From: the human T2T-CHM13v2.0 reference genome, Homo sapiens
Reading direction: 5' to 3' (one strand)
DNA length: 64,000 bases
NCBI RefSeq assembly: GCF_009914755.1
Contig: NC_060935.1
Below are positions 33,320 through 46,668 of this stretch, in pieces (position 1 is the stretch's first letter; the number at the start of each line of letters is the position of its first letter). The translations under genes and the position numbers were made by a program. The notes below the pieces were generated by a model. It saw nothing but the letters and a program-made list of their open reading frames with translations. It was not told the origin of the DNA and searched no databases.

Positions 33320-33710
33320 GCTTCAAGAACCAACAGCCTACCAAATGGCATGCTCCCCTGTCAACAGGGTGGAGCTGGAAGGCTCCTGGACTACACTTCC
33401 CAGCCCTCCTTGCAGCCAGGCATGACCTTGTGACTCATTCCCACCAATGGGATATGGGTGGGAGTGAGGTTACCACTCTGGCCAGAGATCTTAAGAAGTG
33501 GGTGTGCCTCTTCCAGTCCCTCTTACCCCTTTCATTAGCTGGATGTAGACGACCCTGAGACCCTACGGGTTATGGAGCCAAAAGACGCATCTCTAATTCC
33601 CGCATGAGGGAAAGCTGCTTGCCAACAAGGGATGCCTACTTTAGACTATCACAGAATGACAAACCTCTATTGCATCAAACCACTGAAATTTAGGAACTTT
33701 TTATCTAAGA
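33320..33710 (+). mobile_element. MLT1I/J-like LTR
   Basis: GGACTACACTTCCCAGCCCTCCTTGCAGCCAGG...CACCAATGGGATATGGGTGGGAGTGA...AAACCACTGAAATTTAGG. Confidence 0.6.
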
Positions 33711-34462
33711 TTATCCTAATGGACACAAATGTCTAATCCAACGGGTGGCTTCAGGGAAGGATTCCAGGAGGAAGCGACACCGGGGTCTTAGCTGCTTACT
33801 GGGTCCAGGAGCTGGCAAGCAATGCGTGGGGGTAGTGATAGTGTCGAGATGAGGGGTGGGTGGAGGGAGGTGGGAGAAGCTGGGAGGATATTTTAGGCAA
33901 ATGAACAAGTGAAGCATGGTGTGTGTGTGTGTGTGTGTGTGAAGGAGTGGTCTGTGTGTGTGTGCACCTGTGTGTGTGGTATGGGTGACAACAGGAAAGT
34001 TAGTATTCCTGGAGTGTCAAGGGTGGGGGCAGGAGATAGTAAATAAAGCTGCAGGAATTTGTAGGGGAACCTGTAGGACCTTGTGTGCCAAGGAGTTTTA
34101 ATGACTCCTGTAGATAATAGGAGAAGCCCAACGGAATGGCTTAAAATGGACAATGTGATCAGATTGTGATTTATAATGACTGCTTTGCTGGAAGTGTGAT
34201 GAATGGATTAGATAAGGTGAGTCTAGAGCTAGGGAGACCAGAGGGCAGTTATGAGGTGAGCTGAAGCCTCGTCCAGGAGAGGCACAACGGAGGCACGGCT
34301 GGGCAGTGGCAGAAAGGGCAGGAAGACTGAGTGGTTGATTGGATTGGTGGGGTGCAGAGACAGAAGCATTAAAGATGATGCCTGGGTTTGTAAAGCCATA
34401 TATGATTTTTACTCATACAAGTGAATAGGAAAGGAAAAGGCAATTAAGTTTTCTGTGAAAGG

Positions 34463-34603
34463 AGGTGGGCATGGTGGCGTGTGCATGTAGTCCCAGCTAC
34501 TCAGGAGGCTGAAGTGGGAGGATCACTTGAGCGACTCCAGCCTGGGCAACACAATGAGACCCTCATATCTAAAATAATAATAATTAATAATAATAATAAT
34601 AAT
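34463..34603 (+). mobile_element. Alu monomer (FLAM/FRAM-like) with internal deletion and (AAT)n tail
   Basis: GGGCATGGTGGCGTGTGCATGTAGTCCCAGC...TTGAGC is joined directly to GACTCCAGCCTGGGC. Confidence 0.8.
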
Positions 34604-36102
34604 TCAGGATTAGGAGAACTTGCTTTAATTTTATTTTTAAAAGCTCTCCCTATGTAGCACATCCTAGCTGCCAAACAATTTTCTAAGCCCTTTACATATA
34701 TTAACTCATGAATTTTAACAATAAATCCTTGAGTATCATGGGTACAATGACTAGCCTCATTTTACAGATGAGGAAATTGAGTCGCAAAAGGTTAAACACT
34801 TTGCCAGCTAATAAGTGGCAAAGTAAGGATTTGGAGCCAGGGAGTCTGTTTCCTGGTTCATGCTCCTGAACACCATGCTCTGTTTCTTGTTTCACATATG
34901 GTACAGTGTCCCAGTTAGCATCCTTCTTGAACCCAAGGGCCCATGTGGAATTTGGACACTGATGCCAGCCTGGACTGAACCTGAATATTCAGTAACCCCA
35001 TCTGGACATTGAGATCTGAATTCTGGATTTTCCCATTCAAGAATCTGTTCTCCAGGCAGACTACAGGCCCGACTCCAGACCTGCACTTTCTGAGCTTCCT
35101 CCATCACCCCTCCTCAGCCCCGTCCCATTGCTGAGACCCAGCATGACTTGCAGCCTGGTGCTCACAGCTGTGACACCTTTGGGGCCCCCATACCCCCAAA
35201 TACTAGGGCACTTGCCCAAAGCCACAAAGTCAGCAAGTAGTTAGGTTTGGATTCAAACTGAAGTCTGTCTCCAAAACCACATCCTTTCAACTATTCCCTG
35301 TGGCTTCCCCCATTCTCCCCAAAGGTCTACATTTAATCCTCAGGACTCCAAGATCAAGCCCAGGGCAGTTCCACTTCTCCTTGGCAATATAGAGTAAGAC
35401 CAAGAATGCCAAGTCTCCATCCTTGGGGATATTCTCATCCTCCAGGAAAGAAGTAGAAGGGAAGCAGCGCCCAGGCTGGCTGTCCGGGTAAGCCCAGCAA
35501 GCTGAGCTGCAGCTCATGGACTTTGGCTAATTTGTTATTAATTCCTTAGGAGCACAGAACAACCCTAACAAGATGCAAAAATCAATAGCTGAGGGAAAGA
35601 CAAAGCAGCTTTCTGAGCACAATGTGAGGGAGGAAAGTGGTTTTTAAAAGATGTTGACAAACTATTTGCTGTGCAGACTATAAAGTGGAGAATAAATGAC
35701 TTTGTTGCACTGATTCAGATTTTTTTTCCTAAGTTGAAAAGAGGAGAGTAGTAATGGGCTGGGGTAAGGGGCCTGGGTGGCCTTGCAATGCCAAGATAAT
35801 TATTGTTTAGTTAGAAGACTGATGATTTTGTTGTTGTTGTTGTTGTTTTGTTTTGTTTGTTTTTTTGTTTTTTGTTCTGTTTCTTTTTTTTTTTACTTTT
35901 CAGAGGCAGAAAGAGCAATTGGGGCTGAAATGGGTTTCTAAGTGATGGAGAGAGATAAACATCTGTTAGCAGTTAGCAGTAATGGCATCGGCTCGAAAAA
36001 AAATCCTCTACAACCTGGAACCCAGGGCCTTCCTTCCTGACTCCTTTGTGCCCAGCAATGAGGAGAAAGGCTGAGCACAAGGACAGAGTGAACCCTGTAG
36101 AG

Positions 36103-36441
36103 CAGGGGTCCCCAACCCCTGGCTGCAGACTAGGAAGAGTCAGTGGTGGCCTGTTAGGAACCAGCTACACAGCAGGAGGTGAGCAGTGGGTGAGTGAGCA
36201 TTACCACCTGAGCTCTGCCTCTTGTTAGATCAGCTGCGGCATGAGATTCTCAGGAGCGCGAACCTGTTGTGAACTGTACATGCGAGGGATCTAGGTTGCA
36301 TGCTCCTTATGAGAATCTAATGTCTGATGATCTGAGGTAGAATAGTTTCATCCCAAAACCTTCCCCCACCCCCCTCCCATCTGTGGAAAAATTGTCTTCC
36401 ACGAAAACAGTCCCTGGTTCCAAAAAGGTTGGGGACTGCTG
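36103..36441 (+). mobile_element. MER1B (hAT-Charlie)
   Basis: Ends CAGGGGTCCCCAACC...GGTTGGGGACTGCTG; perfect 8-bp TSD CTGTAGAG; 339 bp. Confidence 0.92.
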
Positions 36442-36739
36442 CTGTAGAGGGATGGGGTGGGGCAGGAGATCCCTGGGTGTATGGCCTTTGTGAGGACCAC
36501 AGTGCAAGCCTGTGTCTAGGCTGCCAAGTTCAATGCCAAGACACATGGTAGCCATTCCTGAGACAGCACTATAGCCCCCAACTAGAGGAAGAAGTTGGGC
36601 TGGTGTCACTTCCCTGAAGTTTCTTCCAGAAGCCCAGCTAAATCAAAGAGGTTGCCAGTGGCTGGGAGTCTGGGGGCCGTGGAGCAAGTTTAAATAGCCT
36701 ACTGGGCCCTTTGCAATCAGTGCAGCCATCCCCCTTCAT

Positions 36740-37217
36740 CCCTCTGGCCTCATTTCATGTCATTATTCCCTTTCACACCCTGCTAGACACCTGACTTTCT
36801 TGCTGTTTTTCTAACATGGTGGGGATCCTCTGCTCTGAGGCTTTGCTGTATTTCCTTTGCCCTCATTTTCCCTTTCCCAGAGAATTCGATGGCTTGAAAT
36901 CTCACCTCTTTCAAGTCTTCACCACTCAAACACACCTCCTCAATGTAGCCTGCCCTAATCACCCTTTTTAAAATGCAAACTAATCCCTGTTCTACTTTTT
37001 TCTTTTTTCTATAGCACCTAGATCTTTCTGAAAAAGTTAAATTATTTGTTTATTTGTTACATATTTATTATTTTTATTGTGTGTCTTCCCTCCTCTAGAA
37101 TGTAAGCTCTGTTAGGGTAAGAGTTGTTGTCTGTTTTGTTCACTGATAGATTCCCACCTTTTGGAAAAGGGCTGGGACGTAAAAGGCTCTTGATAAATGT
37201 TGGCTGAATGAATTAAT
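36740..37217 (+). mobile_element. L2a 3' fragment
   Basis: CTAGAATGTAAGCTCTGTTAGGG...TGTTTTGTTCACTG...ATAAATGTTGGCTGAATGAATTAATG. Confidence 0.75.
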
Positions 37218-37366
37218 GAGGCAGGACCAGTCTTCAGAGGTCAAACATTCCAATGTGCTTCTTCACAGTTGGGATGACAGTGTGGGTGACAACAGGTAGG
37301 TTATCACCCCCACTCTAAATCTGTCTCCCAACTCCTGTTGTCACCCACACTGTCTGTTAGAAAACC

Positions 37367-37643
37367 TTGAAAACCATTTGCTCTGCAGCCTATAAAGTGG
37401 AGAATAAATGACTTTGTTGAACTGATTCTTTTGTTTTCCCTAAGTTGAAAAGAGGAGAGAGATAATGGGCTAGGGTAAGGGGCCTGGTTGGCCTTGTAAT
37501 GCCACGATAGTTATTGTTCAGTTAGGAGCCTAGTAATTAAAAAATTTTTTTTATTTTATTTTTTAGAGGCACAGAGAACAATTGGGGCTGAAATGGGTTT
37601 CCAAGTGATGGAGAGAGATAAATGTCAATTAGCAGTAATGGCA
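37367..37643 (+). repeat. Local duplicate of apparently unique sequence 35654-35987
   Basis: Shared blocks CTATAAAGTGGAGAATAAATGACTTTGTTG, CCTAAGTTGAAAAGAGGAGAG, CAATTGGGGCTGAAATGGGTTTC.AAGTGATGGAGAGAGATAAA and TTAGCAGTAATGGCA. Confidence 0.93.
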
Positions 37644-39749
37644 CGCTTTCCGTTACAGTGTGGGTGACAACAGGCAGTTGGGAGACCGAGATTCAGATTG
37701 GGGGTGTGACTTGCCCAGGGAGTGCCAGAGCTGGGACTGGATACCATGTCTTTGAACTGCAACCAGTGTTCTTTGTTCATGCTATGATTTGACAGAGGGC
37801 AGAGATAGCTTCACCTGTGTCTGCTGTATGCCCCTCACAGCTGTACCTAGGCCTCCTCATTCCCTCTTTACCTGCCTACCAGCCCAGTAAACTGCTGGTT
37901 CCCTTTCTCCTGTTCCCCCTTCTTCTCTTCACTGTCCTCCCATTCCTCTTGGTCTTCAGGTCTCAGCTTTATTATTACTGCCTCTGGGATGGTCTTCCTG
38001 ATGATCCAGACTAGACCTGACCCTGTTTGCTCTTCCCAAAGCCCTCTGCATGTCCTGATCCTTACACCCAGGAAACACACTGAAATCACCTGGCTCATTG
38101 GAACAGAGGGAGTGTCCTGTTGTCTGTCTTTGCCTTGCCCGGGGCATCTGGGCATACACAGCCACTGGGATTTGGTTGGGTTGGTATCTTCAGGGATGGA
38201 GCGGGAAAGGGGTACTAGGTGCCCTGTGGTCTTCAGGATGAGCTAAGTCATGGTTCACAGGGGAGAGGTGAGGCTGTGATGCCAGTGAGTCCTTGAACAG
38301 GCAAAGTCTCCAGGGTTGGAGAATTGCAGGGGACGGGGGTGGCAGATACTGAGTTCAGAAAGGGAGCAAGTTCGTGATAAGAAAGGCTAGTTATGGGCTA
38401 AAACAGCCACTGTGGGCCGGCGGGGAGCTGGTGTAGGGGTGAGTAGCCTGCATCACTGAAAGAGAGTGAAGTGTCTACTCCACCATCCTGCAACCAGTCC
38501 AAGGCACAGGCTTCATACCCCTGCAGCTTCTGCCTCTGAGTTTTCTGGTACCTGGGCCAATCAAGTAGCTCTGTTCTCCCATCTTCACTCCATCATGTCC
38601 GCACTGGGTGCTGATGTCCAGCAGTGGGAGGTTTGTGTGTGTGTATGCATGCATGTGTGTGAGGTGCTTCAGAGTATGACGAATTAAGAGAAATGTAAGC
38701 CAAGACAGGAGATGGGGCTGCTGGTATTTGATGTCCCACTTTTACCTGATAGCAAGTTGGTGTTTGTTTCTGAGCCCAGGCTCTGAGCTTTGCTTCTTCA
38801 CAGCCAAGCAGGGAGAGCAATGGACGAGGAGACAAGACATGGGAGACCTTGTCTTTGGTCTGCCTCTCACCAAGTGATAAGGGAGTTTAAAGTGTAAAGA
38901 CAGGCTCCCACACATTAGCAAAAAGAGGTTCTCTCTCTTTCATCTTGGGGCAGGAGGAAAAGGGGACCTGCTTCCTGAGTCTGTATCTGCTGAGTATTAT
39001 GGTGGCCACTGTACACACTGACTATGCCCTTGCAATTTAGTTAGTCTTTCTTAAGTATCAAAAGTCACCTTTTATTCAAGAATTTGTATATACACCAAAA
39101 AGATTAGCAAAGAAGTAAGCTTATCATATTTCACTTACTCAACAGTTAATCTAGTTGTAATTGTATTTAACATCAGCCATAAACAATATGAGGCACCATT
39201 TCAGAACGGGCGGTGTGCTGACTGCCAACCCTGCCTTCCTGGGGTAGCACTGACCTCAAGACAGAAGCAACTTAATCACCATTCAGTTCCCTGCCATCTG
39301 CTTTGTCCTGATTCTGCATATTCTGCTGAATCATTTCTGCTTCCCATGTTGGCCCACAACCTGTACAGCCCCACGCTGGTCATTTCCTTGTTCAGAGTGA
39401 ACACTTCACTCTCCCCAAACTCTCAGGCATTCCTGCTTTAGGGGATCAAAATTTAGTCTTCAAGTTAATGGAGTTTTCATTCGTGTGTTTCTAGCTATTT
39501 CTAATCCTATGTGCTACTGCACAGATTGATGTAATGGAGAAAGATTGAAGGTATGCTGTTCTCTTATATGAAATGACAATGGCTACTATAAAACACAATG
39601 TCAGCTCAGTTCTCACTTGGGCTCCCAGAGCCAAGCCCAATAGGCCAGGCACCAGGATCGACAGTGGTCAGTTTCCAGACCTCACTTCATCTTACTGTTT
39701 TGCCAGGGTGCAATTCTGGCAAATTCCTATTCCTCCAGGGCCTGAGTGG

Positions 39750-40264
39750 ATGGGAGGGCTAATATTATGAGTCAACTTGACTGGGCCGCATGGTGCTCAG
39801 ATATTTGGTTAAACATTATTTCTGGGTGTGTCTGTGAGATGTTTCTGGATGAGGTTAACATTTGATTTGGAAGACTGAGTAAAGCAGATTGCCCTCCCCA
39901 GTGTGGGTGAGCCTCATGCAATCTATTGAAGGCCTAAAGAGGAAAAAAGGCTGAGTAAGAAAGAATTCTTTCTCTCCCTCTGACTGTCTTTGAGCTGGGA
40001 CATCAGTCTTCTGCCTTTGGACTTGGACTCAGACGGATTTATACCATTGGCTCTTCTAGTTCTCAGGCCTTTGCACTCAGACTGGAACTACACCATTGGC
40101 TCTTCTAGGTCTTTATCTTGCTGGCTACAGATCTTGGACCTCCCAGCCTCCACACTTGTGTGAGCTAATTCCTGATAGTAAATCTCTTTATTATTTATCT
40201 ATATATCTGTATCTATCTACCTATTCTATTGGTACTGCTTCTCTGGAGAACCCAGACTAATACA
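39750..40264 (+). mobile_element. MLT2 (ERVL) solo LTR, MLT2B/D-like
   Basis: GTCAACTTGACTGGGCC...GAGTAAAGCAGATTGCCCTCCCC...CTGGAGAACCCAGACTAATACA. Confidence 0.85.
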
Positions 40265-40919
40265 GTAGGGCAAAGTCAATTGGGCAGGGCTGGGCAGGCA
40301 GACACTCCAATTTGTGTCTCTCCTCCTTTAGACATACAGACCAAAGGTGGGTATTGATCAGAGGGTCCTCTGATATTGATCTAGCTTGATCATTTTATTT
40401 TTTATATAATGTTTTATTCTTATGTCATTTTACTTTATGGGCTTGGTTATTTTTGCAACCGACCTCCTGCCTGGCTCTCTGCAGTTTTTCTGGATCACAG
40501 CTCTAGTCCCCAGGAGGTCCTCTGTCTAGGGGGCGCTGGCAGGAAAAGGAGCATATGTCAGGGGGCTGGGGAAGCTGGCAGAAACCTTTGTCTGTTTAAT
40601 GTTTTATTAGAGTCCATGTAGCAACGTATATAAACAAGTCCCATGGTGAGAGAATTCAGAATAAATTACTGCCTGCAATTTCCCGTTTGGCATTGATCTT
40701 GTAGATTGGAGACTCAAGATGGAAACTGCCTGGTATTATTATCCCAACTTCCATGTTGGAGGGCCTACAAATTCCTCATGAATCCTATGATGTCAGAACC
40801 ACATGAAGCCTTAGAGACCAGACAGTCTAACCCCACATAATATTGATCAGGCTCAGAGACCCAGAAAGGCCTGAGATCGCACGGCAAAGAGAGGTGCATA
40901 ATCTTGGCTGTGATATTAG

Positions 40920-41523
<604 letters not shown>

Positions 41524-42933
41524 TAGGCAAGATAATCCCTGACCTGCCTCTGTCCCACAGTAACAGAGCTAATGCAAAAAATCTCTGTAAATGGAAAGAT
41601 CTCTTTTGCAACAACAAAGCCAGGACCTGATAGAATTTAATGCTGAAAGGAGAAACTTCTCTCTAAGGTGACAACTCACCTCTTGAAACTGTTTCCCAAA
41701 ATCTCACCACCCCCAGGCTCCTCATTTCTGCCAACACCCCAGCAGGAGAAAGAAATTGTCCTTTAACAAGCTGGCTAAGTGAATCTCATGCTGCCCTAAA
41801 CTGTGTGTGCTCCAGTGTCTATACATTTCCTTTTCACTCTATTGCAAGTTCTTTGCATGTTCTATAGAGTTGTTTTAGTTATCTACTGCTGTGTAACAAA
41901 TCACCCCAAAACTTAATGGCTTTAAATAACAATAATTATTTTTTCCTTCTCATAGTTTGTTTGGGACAGAAATTCTGGAGCAGCGTGGCTGGGTGGTTCT
42001 GGCTCAGGGTCTCTCATTAGCTTGCCTCCAATGTCAGCCAGGGCTGCAGTCATCTGAAGCCTTGACTGGGGCTGAGAGAGGAGGATCTACTCTCAAGGTG
42101 GATCACTCACTGGCAGGTGAGTTAGTGCTGGTCATTGGAGGGGGCCTCAGTTACTCTCCATAGGGCACCATGGATGTTTCACATCATGGCAGCTGGCTTC
42201 TTTTGGAGCAAGAGGTCTGAGGGTCCAAGGCAGAAGCTGCAAGGCCTTTTATGACCCAGCCTCATTTCTTCTGTATCGTGTTGGTCACTCAGGGCTAGCT
42301 GTGATTCAGTGTGGGAGGGGATTACGTGAGGGCAAGGATACCAGGAGGCACAGATCATAGGAGGCTGGCTACTTCCGTCTACCTCTGACTCCTGATGATT
42401 CATAGCTTTCCCATTGAGCATACACTTGTCCCTTCCCAAGGCCCACAAAAGTCTCATCATATTATAGTATCAGTTTGAACTCCAAGGTCTTGTCATTTAA
42501 TTGGGTCCAGGTTCAAATGAGGCTCCTTGGGTAAATTTCTCAAATATAGTACCTCCTGCACAGTTCCTCTTGATCTATAGACCCATGAAAAAAGAAACAT
42601 ATTATCTTCCCTCTACCTAATATATAATCGTAGGGCAGGCATAGGATAAGCATTATAGATCATCCTGTAAAAAGGAAGAAGAAAGGAAAATGGGAGGTAC
42701 ACTGGGGCCTCAGCAATTCTGAAATTCTGCTGGGAATATGGGCAATTTCTTGGTTAGAACTCAGTCCTACTGTCTGAGAATGGTTCTCTATGGCTCTTGG
42801 CTCCAATCTCTGGGCTCAGAGGCAGAAACTGAGTCATCTTCTCTTTTCCATAAAAAACAGCCAGTGTTTGCAGCTAAGTAGTTTTCTCAGCCTACTTTCT
42901 TATAGTGGTTTAAAGGTCCAAAGACCTATTTTC

Positions 42934-43034
42934 TTTTCTTTCTTTTTTTTTTTTTCTGAGATGGAGTTTTGCTCTTGTCGTCCAGGCTGGAGTATAATGG
43001 CGCGATCTCGGCTCACTGCAACCTCCACCTCCTG
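42934..43034 (-). mobile_element. 5'-truncated AluS (3' ~75 nt plus tail)
   Basis: 15-bp TSD CAAAGACC(T/C)ATTTTC. Confidence 0.88.
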
Positions 43035-43700
43035 CAAAGACCCATTTTCATTGTATATGGTCACTGTCCCTTTTAATCCATGCAGACAATATTTCACACA
43101 ATGTAATAACCTTATAATCTATGAATAAGACTCTATAAATCCTGTTGGCATTCACTCCATTAGTTAAAAGTCACAACCACAAGTATCAGTGTGATAGGCT
43201 ACTTTGCATCTTGAGTTTCCTGTAAGGCTGCTATGGGATACCACAATTAAGATTACCAGAAGCCCTATTGTTTATGGGTGAGGGGCCTCTTTTTTTCCCT
43301 GTTTGAAGCACCACCTTACATATTTCTGAGGTCTTAATAAAGGGCTTTGCATTCACTCTGTCAGTTTCATCTTTAGATCATTTTTCCTGCCAGGACACTG
43401 AATTTGATCTTTGCCTGGAGGACATTTTAAAATTTCAGTATCATTTCCTATCTGGAGAATTTAGCAATAAGACATTTTTATTTTTAAACTCAGCAAGTCC
43501 TGGCCCCTTTATGTTCAATGGTTCTTTCTTTAACACATCTTCTCACTTTTCACATTTTATTATAAGCAACCAGAAGCCAGGTGGCACCTTCAACACTCTG
43601 CCTGGAAATCTCCTTTGCTAGATCATCCAATTCATTAGGTACATTTTCTACTTTCCATTTTACTGTAGAAGATAGTATTGCTGAGTTTTCCCTCACTGTA

Positions 43701-44396
43701 TACTATGGATTGAACGTTTATGTCCTCTCACATATTCATGTGGTGAAGGCCTAACCCTAATGTGACTGTATTTGGAGAGAGAGTCAGTGAGGAGGTGATA
43801 AAGGTTAAATGAGGTCACTAAGGGTTGGGCACTAATTCCATCAGGCCAGGGCCCTTAAAGAAGAGGAAGAGGGCTGGGTACCATGGCTCACACCTGTAAT
43901 CCCAGCACTTTAGGGAGCTGAGGCAGGCAGATCACTTGAGCTCAGGAGTTCAAGACCAGCTTGGGCAACATGGTAAAACCCTGTCTCTACAAATACAAAA
44001 AATTAGCTGGGTGTGGTGGTGTGTGCCTGTAGTCCCAGCTACTTGGGAGCTGAGGTGGGAGAATCACTTGAGCTTGGGAGGTGGAGGTTGCAGTGGACAA
44101 GATTGTGCCACTGCACTCCAGCCTGGGCAACAGAGCAAGACCATGTCTCAAAAAAAAAAAAAAAAAAAAAAAAAGAAGAGAAAGAGACATCTGAGCTCTT
44201 GCTCTTCCAGGTGAAGACACAACAGTAAGACAGCCATCTGCAAGCCAGGAAGAGAGCCCTCACAAGGAATCAAATCAGCCAGAACCTTGATCTTGGACTT
44301 CCCAGCCTCCAGAACTGTGAAAAATAAAATAAATTTTGTTGTTTAAGCTACGCAGTTGATGGCATTTTGTTGTGGCAGTTCAAGCAGACTGATAGA
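43701..44396 (+). mobile_element. MLT1A0-like LTR containing an AluJ (43871-44173)
   Basis: AAAGGTTAAATGAGGTCA...AGCCAGGAAGAGAGCCCTCAC...TTGGACTTCCCAGCCTCCAGAACTGTGA; Alu TSD AAGAAGAG(G/A)AAGA. Confidence 0.82.
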
Positions 44397-44480
44397 CCAT
44401 ATTATAAAGATTCCCTTTGCTCTATTTTCTAATATCATCTTTCTTACTTTCCATTAAGCACTCATGGATAGCCTTCTTGC

Positions 44481-45742
44481 AGTGCTGGTTGTAATCCCAA
44501 AAGACACAATTCCAAGTGCTGTATATCTGAATGTTGAAATACTAAAAGATCAAAATCCATAAAGATCAAAATCCCCAAAGTCTAAAATCTTATAAATCAC
44601 AATCCTGAAAGATTAAAATCTAGAGTGTTGAAATCCTGAAAGCCAAATTTTGGGGGAGGAATTACTGTGTTTTTGATTGTACACAGGATGGTTGTGTCAT
44701 GTTAGGTGGAACTATTACCTTGTTATTGTCTTTATTTAAGGAGATAAAAGGAGGTATGTGTGCGTGCCAAGCTGGCAAGGGGTGGAGTTGTGGACTTAAT
44801 TTGAGGTGTCATCTTGACTGGAATAAGGAATACCTACAAACTTGGTGAAGCATTATTTTGGGTGTGTCTGTGATGGTGTTTCCAGAGATTAGTGTGTGAG
44901 TCTGGGTGGACTAGCTGGGGAAGATCTGCCCTCAATACTGGTGAGCACCATTTAATCATCTGGGGGCCCAGAAAGAACAAATGCAGAAGGTAAATTTGTC
45001 TCTCTCTGAGAGCTGGGAGAGGTTTTACTTCTGCTGCCTTGGATATCAGAACTCCAGGCTCACCAGCCTTTGGACTCCAGGACTTAACACCAGGTTTTAC
45101 CCAGGTCCCGAGGCTTTTGGCCTCAGTTGGAGACTAACACAGCTGGCTGCCCTGATTCTCAATGTAGAAACACGGAAAATTCCTCAATAAATGATGATAT
45201 GTCTTTTTTGTACATCTGCATTGTTAAAAATAAAATCTCTTGAAATCTCGGCTCTTTGGGCAACTGCATATGCAGTGGTGACCCATAATTGTTTTTGAAG
45301 GATCTTATCAAAAGACGTAAGTTGTCCATCACAGTATTTCAGACGACTGCAGTTATAAAGCTGGGTGCACACAACTACCAACTATAGTGACAGGTGTTTG
45401 TACATTTCACTTTTTGACCTATTTCTTTATGAATATGGTTAATCTGCTCATAACTGCTATACCCTTGTGACTGTCCCTAGAATACATGAGCACTTATGCT
45501 TACAAAAATATGTAGGTTATTGTTGCCTATTTTATCATACAAAGTGGCCTATGAAGTGCTCTGTCATTTTTAAATATGTTTCCCAAATAAAACCCCTTTT
45601 AAAATGTAAATCAATGTCTTTTAAATACTTTTTAAAATTATTTTTTCTGGAATTATATTTTTGGGATTTTAATCTTTCAGGATTTTAATATTCAGAATTA
45701 TGGCATTTGGGATTTTGTCTTTCAAGATTATGGCTCCAACCC
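44481..45742 (+). mobile_element. Ricksha (MULE-MuDR) carrying an ERVL/MLT2B LTR segment
   Basis: Subterminal AAAATCCC-like repeats on the left and inverted GGGATTTT repeats on the right, ending AACCC; internal MLT2-like segment ~44790-45140. Confidence 0.78.
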
Positions 45743-46370
45743 ACCTCCCTGAAGCCATCAGATGCCATTGTCTCTTCAAAGTCCTTCCAACTTCTGTCCT
45801 CAAAGACACTGCTCCATTTTTAGTTTTTGTTGTTGCATCATCACCTTCCTTCCGGGTACCAACATCTATATCAGTTATCTGTTGCTGCTAACAAATCACC
45901 TCAAAACTTACTGGCTAGAAGCAATAATAATCATTTATTATCTCTCATGATTTTTATGGGTCAGGAATACAGGACCAGCTTGGCTGAGTGGTTCTGGCTC
46001 AGGGTCTCTCATGAAGCTGCAGTCAGATGGTGTCTAGCACCATTGAAAATGTTTCTTGACTCATGTATCCAGTTCCCGGGCTAAGAAGCCTTGAACAGCT
46101 AAGGGCTAGAATAGCCAGGGCTTCTCAGGCATCTTTATGTAGCCTCTCCATGTAATTTCTGCAGCATGGGAAGAAGGGCTCCCAAGGCATGTGTTTCAAG
46201 AGAGAGCCAGATAGAAGTCATATGCTTTTCATGACCTGTCTCAGAAGTCACATAGCATCACATCTGCCACACTCTATTGGTGAGAGTAGTCACAAGCCCA
46301 GCCCGGATACAACGGGAGGGAACATAGACTCCATCTCTTGGTGGGGGAAATGAAATATGTCATAGCGCAT

Positions 46371-46398
<28 letters not shown>

Positions 46399-46402
<4 letters not shown>

Positions 46403-46668
46403 CCTCATTCCTTGGTATCCATGGGGAATTGGTTCCTTCCTTAGACACCAAAATCCAAAGATGCTCAAGTCCCTGATATAAAATGATGTAGAATTTATAG
46501 ACTTTCCATATAACACAGACATCCTCCCATGTACTTTAAATAGTCTCTGATTACCTGTAATACCTAATATAATATAAATGCTATATAAATAGTTGTTATT
46601 CCATATTGTTTAGGAAATAATGACAAGAAAAGATATGTGGAACCTATAGATATGGAGGGCTAAGTATC
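46399..46668 (+). mobile_element. MER2 (TcMar-Tigger), internally deleted, preceded by (CA)n
   Basis: CCTTGGTATCCATGGGGAATTGGTTCC...CAAAATCCAAAGATGCTCAAGTCCCTGATATAAAATG...GATATGGAGGGC. Confidence 0.8.
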
